In this document: positions 1-9,739 of the stretch, in pieces
Layout of the letters: every line of letters begins with the position of its first letter
Numbering within the stretch: the stretch's first letter is position 1
Source of the DNA: Gammaproteobacteria bacterium
GTDB lineage: Bacteria; Pseudomonadota; Gammaproteobacteria; HK1
Reading direction: 5' to 3'
NCBI GenBank assembly: GCA_965221555.1
Contig: OZ244895.1
Coordinates: 1,294,803 to 1,358,802, forward strand
Length of the DNA: 64,000 bases
The notes under the pieces: model-generated
The model's database searches: none
Told to the model about the DNA's origin: nothing
What the model saw: only the letters and a program-made list of their open reading frames with translations
Translations under genes and position numbers: made by a program

Positions 1-1
1 C

Positions 2-223
2 AGTGACATCTCGGCGTTGCGCAATGCGGGGGTCGACGAGGGTGAGATTGTCGAGGCGAACCAGATCTGCGCGAGCTTCAACTACTACGTGCGCTCTCTG
101 AACGGACTCGGGACCGTGCTCGACGAAGAGGTTGGACTCTCGCCTTCCGGGGAAGACGCGAAGTCGGCCCCTGACCAGGCGGCGGGGGCGAGCGGCGGCG
201 GGTTCGGATCCGAGCCTTCATGA
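2..223 (+). CDS. C-terminal fragment of a carboxymuconolactone-decarboxylase/AhpD-like (peroxidase-related) family protein; gene begins upstream of window
   Basis: Reading frame is open from the window edge. The C-terminal motif EANQICASFNYYVRSLNGLG is typical of CMD/AhpD-like proteins. Codon third positions are GC-rich. Confidence 0.45.
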   Translation, partial: SDISALRNAGVDEGEIVEANQICASFNYYVRSLNGLGTVLDEEVGLSPSGEDAKSAPDQAAGASGGGFGSEPS

Positions 224-312
224 GCCCGCGATCTGATGCGCGAGGCGTTCACCCGCACGGGACCGTGGACGACTCAAGTCGACGAATGCCGGCACCTGGC
301 TGAGGCGAGAGG

Positions 313-780
313 ATGATGACAGAGAGCGAAAGCGATACCGTGGTGGAGCCGGATTGGGATGCGCCGATAAAGGTGCAGCTCACCCCGGCCGCCATCATTC
401 ACGCGCTCTTTCCCAGCGCGGACGGAGTCCACACGGGCTGGGAGACTTGTGTGGACCATGCTCTGGTCACCCAGGAGACGAACGCGGTGGACAATCTGAG
501 CGGCAACCACTGCCGTCTCGCCAAGCAGGAGTACGTCGAAGACCACAGCCCCGACGTCACCTGGCACGACTGGGTGGTCGAGCTCAAGCTGGGGGAAATC
601 TACATCGCCGCCCATTGGCGCACGCAGCAGAACTCCAATCCCGCCGACTGGGACTGGTGCATGGGCGAGGCGGAAAACGCGTTCGCGAACGCCTGCGTGC
701 TCGTCGGGAAGCGTACTCGACGCGGACTGATGGTCGAGGACCCGCCCAACACGATTCCCGCCGCCCACACCCGTCACTGA
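313..780 (+). CDS. hypothetical protein (155 aa), no recognisable domain
   Basis: ORF with balanced, non Arg/Pro-rich composition, unlike the antisense junk ORFs that overlap it. It lies in the expected gap before the flavin reductase gene. Confidence 0.4.
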   Translation: MMTESESDTVVEPDWDAPIKVQLTPAAIIHALFPSADGVHTGWETCVDHALVTQETNAVDNLSGNHCRLAKQEYVEDHSPDVTWHDWVVELKLGEIYIAAHWRTQQNSNPADWDWCMGEAENAFANACVLVGKRTRRGLMVEDPPNTIPAAHTRH

Positions 781-832
781 ATCCCGGGCCAGCCCCGCCG
801 CGCGCCGATCGAACGAGGCCGCGGACTCGGGT

Positions 833-1480
833 GTGACCGCCGCCCGGTACTGGAGACAAGGCGTGTTCTATCACACGAGAGACAACGAGCACGGGCTTCC
901 GCACGACCCCTTCAAGAGCTGCGTGGTGCCGCGCTGCATCGGGTGGATTTCGAGCATCAGCGCGAAAGGGGTGGTGAATCTCGCTCCCTACAGCTTCTTC
1001 AACGCGGTGGCCACCGATCCGCCGATGGTCGCGTTCGGGAGCGGGGGCCGGCATCCTCACGGGGGCAAGGACACCATCGCCAACGTCGAAGAGACCGGCG
1101 AGTTCGTGTGCAATCTCGCGACCTTCGATCTGCGTGACGAGATGAACCTCTCGAGCGCCGCCACCACCCCCGATGTGGACGAGTTCGTCCACGCCGGGCT
1201 CGAGGCGGAGCCCTCGACGCTGGTGAGGCCGCCGAGGGTCAGGGCGGCTCCGATCCATCTGGAGTGCGTGCACTACCGGACCATCGATCTCCCCTGCCGG
1301 GATCCGGATCCGCAGGTGCGCAACGGGCTCGTCATCGGCGAGGTGATCGGAGTGCACATCAGTGACGAGGTGTTGACCCGGGGCATGGTGGACATGTCGA
1401 AGTTCCGGCCCCTCGCGCGGCTTGGATACATGGACTACTCGGTGGCGGACAACGTCTTCACGATGCGATTTCCCGACTGA
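833..1480 (+). CDS. flavin reductase-like (FMN-binding split-barrel) family protein
   Basis: Motifs GVVNLAPYSFFNAV and PPMVAFG, and a length of about 215 aa, are typical of the flavin reductase domain. Confidence 0.8.
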   Translation: MTAARYWRQGVFYHTRDNEHGLPHDPFKSCVVPRCIGWISSISAKGVVNLAPYSFFNAVATDPPMVAFGSGGRHPHGGKDTIANVEETGEFVCNLATFDLRDEMNLSSAATTPDVDEFVHAGLEAEPSTLVRPPRVRAAPIHLECVHYRTIDLPCRDPDPQVRNGLVIGEVIGVHISDEVLTRGMVDMSKFRPLARLGYMDYSVADNVFTMRFPD

Positions 1481-1543
1481 GCAGCCTTCCAGCGGCGGGC
1501 GCCACCCTTGCCCGAGTGGGTCGGCCCCGCCATCATGAGAGGC

Positions 1544-2065
1544 ATGAGCCGCGCCTTCGTCAAGGAGCCGGATGGCGATCAGGTCGTGGAGGCGCCGCCC
1601 GAGCGCCGCCACAGCGAAGCCCCCAACTACATCACGCCGGCGGGGCTTGCCGCACTGCGCGTCCGGGCGGCGGCGCTGGAAGCGGAGCGGCGCACGCTCG
1701 CCGAAGCGCCGGAGAGCCTCGGCAGCAAGGGTGATCTGCAACGGCTCGAGTCGGATCTGCGCTATCTGAACGAACGCATGCAGCGGGCCATCGTGGTCGA
1801 GCCTCCCGAGGGACCCGGCGTCGAGGTCGGCATCGGGGCCGAAGTGGAGCTCGTCGACGAGAACGACGAAACGCACCGTTTCACGATAGTCGGCGAGGAC
1901 GAGGTGGACGTGGGGGCCGGCCGGGTGAGCTGGAGCTCGCCCCTCGGCCGGGCGGTTCTGCGCCGCCAGGTCGGCGACTCGGCGATCTGGGAGCGCCCGG
2001 CGGGTGACCTCGAAGTCGAGATCGTCGCGGTGCGCTACCCGCAATCGGCTTCGACGCCTGCCTGA
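1544..2065 (+). CDS. GreA/GreB-family transcription elongation factor homolog
   Basis: N-terminal coiled-coil (NYITPAGLAALR...LEAER) followed by a C-terminal FKBP-like GreA domain (VELVDENDETHRFTIVGEDE...SPLGRAVL). The internal ATG at 1544 was chosen as start. Confidence 0.75.
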   Translation: MSRAFVKEPDGDQVVEAPPERRHSEAPNYITPAGLAALRVRAAALEAERRTLAEAPESLGSKGDLQRLESDLRYLNERMQRAIVVEPPEGPGVEVGIGAEVELVDENDETHRFTIVGEDEVDVGAGRVSWSSPLGRAVLRRQVGDSAIWERPAGDLEVEIVAVRYPQSASTPA

Positions 2066-2077
2066 GCCGCGAGGGGT

Positions 2078-3616
2078 TTGGAGGAGCGAATGATGCGGGC
2101 AAGGTCTCCCGAGTCGGTATACACCGTGGTGCGTGGGGGCCGCGTGCTCGATATCGCCACCCGCCGGGCGGAGCCGGGCGACGTGCTGATCAGAGGCGAT
2201 CGCATCGAGGCGCTGGGGCCTCCCGGCCTGTCCGCCCCGACCGGGGCGCGCTGCGTCGACGCCACGGACTGCCTGCTCATGCCGGGCCTCGTCAACGCGC
2301 ACACCCACGGGCACGGGGCGCTCAGCAAAGGCGCGGGAGACCGCTGGACGCTGGAGCTGCTGCTCAACGCCGGTCCCTGGCTGAACTCCTCGCGCACGCT
2401 GGAGCACAAGTATCTGAGCGCGCTGCAGAACGGCCTGGAGATGCTCGCCAAGGGCTGCACCGCCTGCTACGACCTCTACTTCGAGTTTCCCGTCCCGAGC
2501 CGCGAGGGGCTGGAGGCGGTGGCGCAAGGCTATCGGGACGCGGGGGTGCGCGCGGTCCTCGCGCCGATGATTGCGGACCACACCTTCTACCAGGCGATCC
2601 CCGGCCTTCTCGATGCGCTCCCCGGGCCCCTGCGCGACGCCGCGCAGAAGAGCCGTCTCGCACCCATGGAAACGACGCTCTCGACCTGTCGCGAGATTCT
2701 TCACGGCTGGAGCGTCGATCGCGATTGGGTACGTCCCGCGCTGGCGCCCACCGTGCCCTTGCACTGCTCCGACGCTTTCATCACGCGGTGCCGCGACCTC
2801 GCGAAAGAGCATGAGGTCGGGCTGCACATGCATCTCGCGGAATCGAAGATTCAGGCGGTATCAGGTATCCGCAAGTACGGTCGCACGCTGACCGCCCATC
2901 TCGACGCGCTCGACTTCCTCGGACCGCGTTTCACCGGCGCCCACTGCGTGTGGCTCGACCCCGACGACATCCGGAGGATCGCCGACCGGGGGGCCTCCAT
3001 CGCCCACAACCCGGGCAGCAACCTTCGCCTGGGCTCGGGCATTGCCGCCGCCCGCGAGATGCGCGAGGCAGGGGTCAACGTCGGGATCGGCACCGATGGA
3101 AGCAACTGCTCCGACAACCAGAACATGTTCGGGGCGATGCGCATCGCCTCGTTCGTCTCCAGGGTGCGCGAGCACGATCCCGCCCGGTGGATGAGCACCG
3201 ACGAAGTCCTCTCGATGGCCACCGCGGGCAGCGCCGCGACGCTCGGCTTCGGCGATGCGCTGGGCCGGCTCGCCCCGGGCGCGTTCGCCGACATCGTGTT
3301 CATCGATCTCGGACACGTGAATTACTGGCCGCTCAACGATCCCGTCAACCAGCTCGTGCACGTCGAGGAGGGATGCGCGGTCGAGCGGGTGATGGTGGGC
3401 GGCGAGCTGCGCTACGGTCCGGACGGATTCCGCGGTATCGATGTGGCCGAGGTGCGCCGGCGCATCGACGATTCCGTGCAGGTGCTGCGCGATACCGGCG
3501 CGGAGTTGCGGCACGGCGCCGAAGCCCTCGAGAGCATGCTCACCCGCTTCTGCGTCGGGCTCGCGCGCGAGCCCTACCACGTGCACGCGATGGCGAGCGC
3601 GGGGGAGTCGGGCTGA
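2078..3616 (+). CDS. amidohydrolase, TRZ/ATZ family (chlorohydrolase/aminohydrolase/deaminase-like)
   Basis: Metal-binding motifs PGLVNAHTHGHG, HMHLAES and GIGTDGSNCSDN, and a length of about 510 aa. Confidence 0.85.
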   Translation: MEERMMRARSPESVYTVVRGGRVLDIATRRAEPGDVLIRGDRIEALGPPGLSAPTGARCVDATDCLLMPGLVNAHTHGHGALSKGAGDRWTLELLLNAGPWLNSSRTLEHKYLSALQNGLEMLAKGCTACYDLYFEFPVPSREGLEAVAQGYRDAGVRAVLAPMIADHTFYQAIPGLLDALPGPLRDAAQKSRLAPMETTLSTCREILHGWSVDRDWVRPALAPTVPLHCSDAFITRCRDLAKEHEVGLHMHLAESKIQAVSGIRKYGRTLTAHLDALDFLGPRFTGAHCVWLDPDDIRRIADRGASIAHNPGSNLRLGSGIAAAREMREAGVNVGIGTDGSNCSDNQNMFGAMRIASFVSRVREHDPARWMSTDEVLSMATAGSAATLGFGDALGRLAPGAFADIVFIDLGHVNYWPLNDPVNQLVHVEEGCAVERVMVGGELRYGPDGFRGIDVAEVRRRIDDSVQVLRDTGAELRHGAEALESMLTRFCVGLAREPYHVHAMASAGESG

Positions 3617-3625
3617 CGAAGAGTC

Positions 3626-4861
3626 TCAGTCGGCGCCCGCGAGGCGGACCATGGCGTCGAGCAGGGTCTGGCAGCCGGCGGCGAGATCTTCGGGCGTCGC
3701 GTTCTCGATCTCGTTGTGGCTGATGCCGTCCTCGCAGGGCACGAAGATCATCCCGGTGGGGGCGACCCGCGACACGTAGCAGGCGTCGTGGCCCGCCCCG
3801 CTCACGATGTCCATGTGCGGGAAGCCGCCCGCGGCGGCCGCGTCGCGCACCGCTGTGACGCAACGCTCGTCGAAGGGGGTGGCCGGAAAGTGCCAGATCT
3901 GCTGCAAGTCGAGCAGAAGTCCCGCCTCGCGCGCAATCGAGGCGCAGGCCTCGCGCAGGTCGGCGTCCATCCGGGCGAGCGTCGCCTCATCCGGGTGGCG
4001 GAAGTCGACGGTGAAGAACACCTGTCCGGGAATGGTGTTCCGCGAGTTCGGGGACACCTGGAGCATGCCGACCGTCGCGCAGGCGTGGGGTTGGTGCTCA
4101 AGGCCGATGCGGTTGACCGCGCCCACCATGCGCGAGGCGCCGACGAGCGCGTCGCGCCGCCGCCGCATCGGAGTGGGTCCGGCGTGCGCCTCCTGTCCGG
4201 TCACCGTCACTTCGTACCAGCGCTGCCCCTGGGCGCCGGTCACGACACCGACCCTCTTCTCCTCCGCTTCCAGAATGGGACCCTGCTCGATGTGGGCCTC
4301 GATGTAGGCGCCGATTTCGAAACCACCGACGGGGTGTTCTCCCGCGTATCCGATGCGCTTGAGCTCGTCACCGAAAGTCTTGCCTTCGGTGTCGGCGCGG
4401 GAGAGCACGAAGTCGAGTTCGAAGGCGCCGCCGAAGACGCCCGAGGCCATCATCGCGGGCGCGAAACGCGAGCCTTCCTCGTTCGTCCACGCCACGACCT
4501 CGATGGGCGCCTCCGTCTCGTATCCGTAGTCGTTGAGGGTGCGCACCAGTTCCAGGCCGGCGAGCACCCCGTAGGCGCCATCGAACTTTCCGCCGGTGGG
4601 CTGGGAATCGAGATGGCTGCCCGTCATCACCGGTGGGCGCTCGGGGCTGCGGCCCTCGCGGCGCGCGAAGATGTTGCCGGCCTGGTCGACCCGCACGGTG
4701 CAGCCCGCCTCCTCGCACCAGCGCACGAAGAGGTTCCGGCCATCCCGGTCGAGATCGGTGAGGGCGAGACGGCACACCCCGCCCTTTTCGGTGGCGCCGA
4801 TCTCGGCGAGCTCCATGAGGCTCTCCCAGAGGCGGGAGCCGTCGATCTTGAGGTTGTCCAC
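3626..4861 (-). CDS. M20-family Zn-dependent hydrolase, N-carbamoyl-L-amino-acid / allantoate amidohydrolase (AmaB/HyuC/AllC-like)
   Basis: Motifs GSHLDSQPTGGKFDGAYGV, EEGSRF and ATVGMLQVSPNSRNTIPG, and about 411 aa, are typical of AmaB/AllC. Confidence 0.85.
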   Translation of the reverse strand: MDNLKIDGSRLWESLMELAEIGATEKGGVCRLALTDLDRDGRNLFVRWCEEAGCTVRVDQAGNIFARREGRSPERPPVMTGSHLDSQPTGGKFDGAYGVLAGLELVRTLNDYGYETEAPIEVVAWTNEEGSRFAPAMMASGVFGGAFELDFVLSRADTEGKTFGDELKRIGYAGEHPVGGFEIGAYIEAHIEQGPILEAEEKRVGVVTGAQGQRWYEVTVTGQEAHAGPTPMRRRRDALVGASRMVGAVNRIGLEHQPHACATVGMLQVSPNSRNTIPGQVFFTVDFRHPDEATLARMDADLREACASIAREAGLLLDLQQIWHFPATPFDERCVTAVRDAAAAGGFPHMDIVSGAGHDACYVSRVAPTGMIFVPCEDGISHNEIENATPEDLAAGCQTLLDAMVRLAGAD

Positions 4862-4926
4862 GTTCGAATCTCCTCGGGAAGGATCGGAGCGGCGAGCGAT
4901 ACGGCCGGCCGCCGGGCGGGCGGAGT

Positions 4927-5841
4927 CTATGGTACCTGCAATGTTGTGTCTCTCTTAGCCGGATGGCAGCGCCAGTCCGGTTCGCCTGGCGAGTCATCGT
5001 GGCGATATTCCGACTCCACGACGGCGAGGACGCCGTAAAGCGAATGCGCCCGCGCCGGACACGGCGCGGAGAGCACGAGTTCCGCCTCGGCCGTCGCAAG
5101 CGCCGAGGTGGTGGTGTCGAGGCTGCCGAGGCTCGGGGTGGCGAGCGTGTAGAGGTCGGCCCGGATCGCGACATCGGGCTGTTCTCGCGGCACGTGCTGC
5201 ACCACGCGGAGCCGGAGTTCGGAGCGGGAGGGATACGGACCGGGCTGGGGGAGCGAACGGTTGCCGCGGCCGTTGTCGTTTTGCAGCAGGGCGCCGCCGA
5301 GTCCGGTGTGGCGCATCCTGAATCCGGCATGGTTCTCGCGACGGACCGCGCCGTCGAGCGAGCTCCACAGAGCGGCCCGCATACGTCCTTCGCCGTAGCC
5401 GCCGAACCCGTAGCGGAGTTTCAGGGTGATGGTCAGCGGCATCGCGCCCTGCCAGTCGCCCTCGATCCGAAAGCCCTGAAGCAGGAGCGCGCTTGCCTCG
5501 CGGCCGATGTAGCCCACGTTGCGAATCGCCCCGCCGGAGGCGCCCGCGCCGAGACGAGCGCCGCCGTGATCCGCCTCCGCGGCGGAGAAGGCCGACACCA
5601 TCCCGCCCTGCGGATCGGTGAGCAGGTCCGACTCCGCGCACTCGAGCGCGGGTTCGCTGACCGAGAGCTGGAAGTGCCCGCGGCAGGTGACCCGCAGGAG
5701 ATCTTCGGCGGCGAGGGGGCCACCGCCGGCTTGCGCCAGGAGAATGAACGGTATCAGGCGCCGGGCGGCGCCTCGGCGTCGGGGGCGGCGACCTGTCGGA
5801 CTCTTCCCGTGTGCGCGGCGGCGCAGGTCCGCGTTGCCCAT
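4927..5841 (-). CDS. hypothetical exported protein (Arg-rich N-terminus followed by a hydrophobic segment); real start probably the internal ATG near 5841
   Basis: Only the downstream part of the 519-aa table ORF is non-overlapping. The ATG at about 5841 lies 18 nt after the MFS stop. Sequence is Gly/aromatic-rich (YGFGGYGEG), and there is no domain call. Confidence 0.4.
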   Translation of the reverse strand: MGNADLRRRAHGKSPTGRRPRRRGAARRLIPFILLAQAGGGPLAAEDLLRVTCRGHFQLSVSEPALECAESDLLTDPQGGMVSAFSAAEADHGGARLGAGASGGAIRNVGYIGREASALLLQGFRIEGDWQGAMPLTITLKLRYGFGGYGEGRMRAALWSSLDGAVRRENHAGFRMRHTGLGGALLQNDNGRGNRSLPQPGPYPSRSELRLRVVQHVPREQPDVAIRADLYTLATPSLGSLDTTTSALATAEAELVLSAPCPARAHSLYGVLAVVESEYRHDDSPGEPDWRCHPAKRDTTLQVP

Positions 5842-5858
5842 GAGTCCGAAGCCCGCCT

Positions 5859-7109
5859 TCACGGGGCGGATCCCGTTCCCCCGCCGCGCTGCGGGGCGCC
5901 ACGCAGCTCCGGCCATGCGAGCACCGCGATCGTGAGCGCGACGAGGCCCTCCATCGTGGTGATCGCCACCGCGCGCGGGGCGCCGAACCACTCCGCGAGC
6001 AGGCCGACGTGCAGCAGCCCGATCGGTCCCGCGCCGATGCACAGCGTGAGCACTCCCATCAGCACCGGACGCTTTTCCCTCGGGGTATGGGTGAGCAGGA
6101 TGGCGCTTTGCATCGCGGCGAATCCCGAGAAACCGAGTCCGATCACGAACATGATGCCAAGTGACAAGGCGAAGTGCGTGGAGAGACCGAAGGCCAGCAT
6201 CATCGCGAGCAGCAGGGCGGCGCCGGAAGCGTAGATGCGGGTGTAGAGCGAAGGGCGGACCATGATGGCGATCACCGAGGTGCCGGCCAGCGCGCCGAGG
6301 CCGTCCATCGAGGTCAGCACTCCGATCTCGGCGGGGCCGAGGTGGAGTCGCCCCTCTCCGATGACCGGGATCATGGACAGACAGGGGAAGGCGAAGAGGT
6401 TGAGGATCACGGTCACCGTGAGCGTCGCGGCGATGAGTCGCTGTCCTCGTACGTGTGCGAAGCCGTCGCGAAGGCTGCGCAGCCACGACTTGCCGTCGGC
6501 GACCGGCAGGCTCTTGCCCCGCTCGAGGCCGAGGACGTTGACGAGCGCGGCCGCGTACAGCACGGTGCTGATCACATAGGCGCCGGCCAGGCCCACCGCG
6601 GCGAAGAGCAGGCCCCCGGCGAGGGGACCGACGAATCGCGTGAAGTGGTGGGTCGCGGAATCGATGGCGGTTGCGTTGCCCATGCGCTCAACTCCCGCCG
6701 CGTCCGCGACCAGGGTGCGACGCACCGAGTACTCCGTGCACCAGAACACGCCGCTGAGCGCCGCGCCCGCCGCGATGTGCCACAGCGTGAGGGCGCCGGC
6801 GAGGCCGAGGGTGGCGAGAAGGGCCGCGTTGACGCACATGCCGGCGAGGGCGATGGAGAGCAGGGTGCGGCGATCGAAGCGTTCCGCGGCCACTCCCGCG
6901 AGCCCGCCGAGAAGCACCGTGGGCAGCGTGCGCGCGACCATCATCGCTGCGACCGCGAGCGCGGACCCGCTGACCTCAAGGGTATAGAGAGCGACCGACA
7001 GAACCTCCAGCCAGCGCACCGTCCAGCCGAGCCCGCCTGTCAGCCACAGGCGGCGAAAGCTCGCGTCGCGAGTCAGGCTTGAGATGCGACGGGCGCCGCT
7101 AAACGCCAT
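5859..7109 (-). CDS. MFS transporter
   Basis: About 12 predicted TM helices and an MFS-like DRRTLL/GxxxD region; 416 aa. Confidence 0.85.
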   Translation of the reverse strand: MAFSGARRISSLTRDASFRRLWLTGGLGWTVRWLEVLSVALYTLEVSGSALAVAAMMVARTLPTVLLGGLAGVAAERFDRRTLLSIALAGMCVNAALLATLGLAGALTLWHIAAGAALSGVFWCTEYSVRRTLVADAAGVERMGNATAIDSATHHFTRFVGPLAGGLLFAAVGLAGAYVISTVLYAAALVNVLGLERGKSLPVADGKSWLRSLRDGFAHVRGQRLIAATLTVTVILNLFAFPCLSMIPVIGEGRLHLGPAEIGVLTSMDGLGALAGTSVIAIMVRPSLYTRIYASGAALLLAMMLAFGLSTHFALSLGIMFVIGLGFSGFAAMQSAILLTHTPREKRPVLMGVLTLCIGAGPIGLLHVGLLAEWFGAPRAVAITTMEGLVALTIAVLAWPELRGAPQRGGGTGSAP

Positions 7110-7281
7110 GTTTCACCGATTCACCAGGAGTCTGTACGGCGTTGCCGTTGGAGCAGTGGGTCATGACCAAATAGAGTGCCGCTTCGGGCGCCGGGATGCC
7201 GTGGCAGTGGGGCGCAAGGACTCAAAAAAAAAGCGCAACGACGAAGCTCTCCGTCAGGCCTTTCGCCCGATGCCGCCGGAA

Positions 7282-8163
7282 TCATCGCGGGTCGTTCGGC
7301 GCGCGCACCGGCACGCGCAGACTGAGCTGCACCAGCAGCACCGCGGAGATCACCAGGGCGCCGCCGAACACCTGCACCGCGCCAAGGCGCTCGTGCAAGA
7401 GAAGGGCGCCGAGCGCGATCGCCCATACCGGGGCGCTGTTGTCGATGATCGCGGTGCGCAGCGGGCCGATCATCTTGACCGCGGTGAAGAGCAGGATGGT
7501 GGCGAGCACGTAGAACCCGGTCGATGTCGCAAGCAATGCCCAGCCCTGGCCGCTCCGCGGCCATTGGAGGTCCAGCAGCGTGAGCGAGGCGGCGCCCACC
7601 ACCAGCGCCGTGGTGCCGGTGAGGTAGAGCATCATGACCCAGCGATCGATACCGCGCATCGTATGTCCGCTCACCACGAGCACCGCCGCGAAGCTGGCGG
7701 CGGTGAAAGCGGCCCATGCCACTCCGCGCCAGTCTATCTGGTCTTCCGGGGCGTTAAGGGCGAGCGCCAGTCCCGCGAAGGCGGCGAGGACCGCAAGCAG
7801 GCGGTCCAGGGTGAAGGACTCGGTGCCGCGGAGCCACCCGGAGACCGCGACCATCAGCGGGTAGGTGTACATGATGAGTACCGCGAGCCCCACCGGTATG
7901 TACTGAATGGACGCCACCAGTCCATAGAGCTCTCCGCAGAAGAGCAGGCCCACCAGCACGCATTGCAGCGTGGAGCGCGGCGGCAACGCGGGCGACACGC
8001 GGCGCAGGGCCAGGATAAGCGCCACCACTCCCGCGAAGGCGAGCGCGCGCGACAGGTTGACGGCGTGCACGTTGGCGCCGTCCTCGTAGATGAGCGCGAC
8101 CAGCGTGATGCTGGTCGCGAAGGTTATCGCCGAAGCGAGGGCGACGGCGTTACCGGCTCCCAA
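7282..8163 (-). CDS. EamA/DMT-family transporter
   Basis: Ten-TM architecture with duplicated EamA-like halves; 293 aa. Confidence 0.8.
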   Translation of the reverse strand: MGAGNAVALASAITFATSITLVALIYEDGANVHAVNLSRALAFAGVVALILALRRVSPALPPRSTLQCVLVGLLFCGELYGLVASIQYIPVGLAVLIMYTYPLMVAVSGWLRGTESFTLDRLLAVLAAFAGLALALNAPEDQIDWRGVAWAAFTAASFAAVLVVSGHTMRGIDRWVMMLYLTGTTALVVGAASLTLLDLQWPRSGQGWALLATSTGFYVLATILLFTAVKMIGPLRTAIIDNSAPVWAIALGALLLHERLGAVQVFGGALVISAVLLVQLSLRVPVRAPNDPR

Positions 8164-8612
8164 GGTCTTGCCCGCCGGCTACCGGGATGCCCGGGCGAGG
8201 TCGAGTGCGCGCCGCGGGTTGCTTCCGGGAGATCCCCCGAGCCTGGCTTCGCTCCCGTCGCGCAAGAGTCCGTCGACGGTCAGCGCGTCGTGACGAATCG
8301 GTGAAGCGCGCGGGTTCAATTCGTTTCGGATCGATCGATGGTATCGGAGCTTGCGTGGTCCGCTGCGCGGGTGGCCGTGGCCAGGGCGGCCGGAGCTCTC
8401 CGGGAGGCGAAGTCTATCCTGGACGCACCGCCGCCCTGACGGTCGTTGCGAGCGCGCCAGGACGCTTGGGAGTGGGTCACAAGAAGCAACAGGCGCAAAT
8501 CGGCGAGCCGGCTCTTCGCATCCGGTGCGCGCGTTCGCCGGGATAGAATGCCGCGTCGCGGGCACCCGTCGATCCCGCGCGGGACGGAAGCCGTGCCCTC
8601 TCTTGCGATCAA

Positions 8613-9518
8613 GTGTCAGCGCCCGCCTTCGCGGTGCGAGCCCTCGTGAAGACGCTGGACGTCCTGATGGCGCTCGGCGTCGCCATCGTGTTCGGGGCCG
8701 GAGTGGTCTTCGCCAAGGCGGCCATCGACCACTTTCCGCCCATTCTTCTGATGTCGATGCGCTTCTCGATCGCGGCGATGGTGCTGCTGTGCTTCGTGCG
8801 CCCGCCCTGGCACCTGATGGGGAAGATCTTCTACGCGTCCCTGGTGGGGGCGGCGATCCAGTACAGCCTTACCTATTCCGGACTCGCCGGCCTCGACGCC
8901 TCGATCATGATCCTGGTGGTGCAGCTCGAAGTGCCCTTCGCGGCGCTGCTGGCATGGCTGGTGTTCAAGGATCCTCTCGGCTGGCGCGGCTTCGCCGGAA
9001 TGCTGATCGCCTTTGCCGGCATCGCGGTGATCTCGGGATCGCCGGACCAGCGCGGCAACCTGCTGCCCATCCTGCTGGTGGCGGGCGGCTCCTTCACCTT
9101 CGCGGTCGGCCAGATCATGATCAAGCGCATCGGACAGGTCGGCGGGCTGACGATGATCGCCTGCGTGGCGGCGATGGCCGGCCCCCAGCTTCTCGTGTCC
9201 TCGCTGATCTTCGAAGGAGGTCAGTGGGAAGCGATCGTGAGCGCTCCGCCCGTGGTGTGGTGGGCGGTGGCCTACCTCGCCCTGGTGATGACTTCGCTCG
9301 GCTATGCGATGTGGTACGACCTGCTCGGGCGGCACGACGTGACGAGAGTGATTCCCTATCTCTTGCTGGTCCCGGTCACCGGGGTGCTCGGAGGCGTCCT
9401 CTTCCTGGGCGAGCCCATGAGTCATCTGCGCTTTGCGGGCGGCGTGCTCGTGATCGCGGGCGTGGCGATCATGAACATGAGGTGGAATCCGCTGCGCCGC
9501 CGAGGCACCACGCGCTGA
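8613..9518 (+). CDS. EamA/DMT-family transporter (divergent from the other DMT gene)
   Basis: Ten TM helices with two EamA repeats; 301 aa. The exact start is uncertain. Confidence 0.8.
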   Translation: MSAPAFAVRALVKTLDVLMALGVAIVFGAGVVFAKAAIDHFPPILLMSMRFSIAAMVLLCFVRPPWHLMGKIFYASLVGAAIQYSLTYSGLAGLDASIMILVVQLEVPFAALLAWLVFKDPLGWRGFAGMLIAFAGIAVISGSPDQRGNLLPILLVAGGSFTFAVGQIMIKRIGQVGGLTMIACVAAMAGPQLLVSSLIFEGGQWEAIVSAPPVVWWAVAYLALVMTSLGYAMWYDLLGRHDVTRVIPYLLLVPVTGVLGGVLFLGEPMSHLRFAGGVLVIAGVAIMNMRWNPLRRRGTTR

Positions 9519-9739
9519 GCCTTGCGAGATCTCTCTTGAGAGGCCGGTGCGGAGTCGGTCGTGCCGTCTCTCCCGGCGCGGTCCGGATTACCTGACGACG
9601 TCGTTCCCGCGAAGTCGGAGCTCCATCGGCGGTTTGCCGAGCGCTCCGGCATCCCGAACACGGGAACGGACGATGCGCTCCGCGGCGGCGGAGGCGCTTG
9701 CGCACGGCGAAATCTGCGGGCTCTTTGTCCCGGCCGGCT

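Noticed and set aside
584-2833. Very long Arg/Pro/Gly-rich ORFs antisense to or out of frame with real genes. Others include 4368..5330, 4994..5902, 8351..9595, 12762..14615, 25283..26842, 33043..34557, 40075..41331 and 42439..43887.
   Set aside because: These are typical spurious open frames of roughly 70% GC DNA. They have low-complexity composition and no domain signatures, and they overlap well-supported genes on another frame or strand.
7227-7235. A9 run after the DMT gene, read as a T9 terminator tail on the minus strand
   Set aside because: The preceding hairpin is weak (4-5 bp stem) and the region also overlaps the solo repeat-end motif. It is left uncalled.
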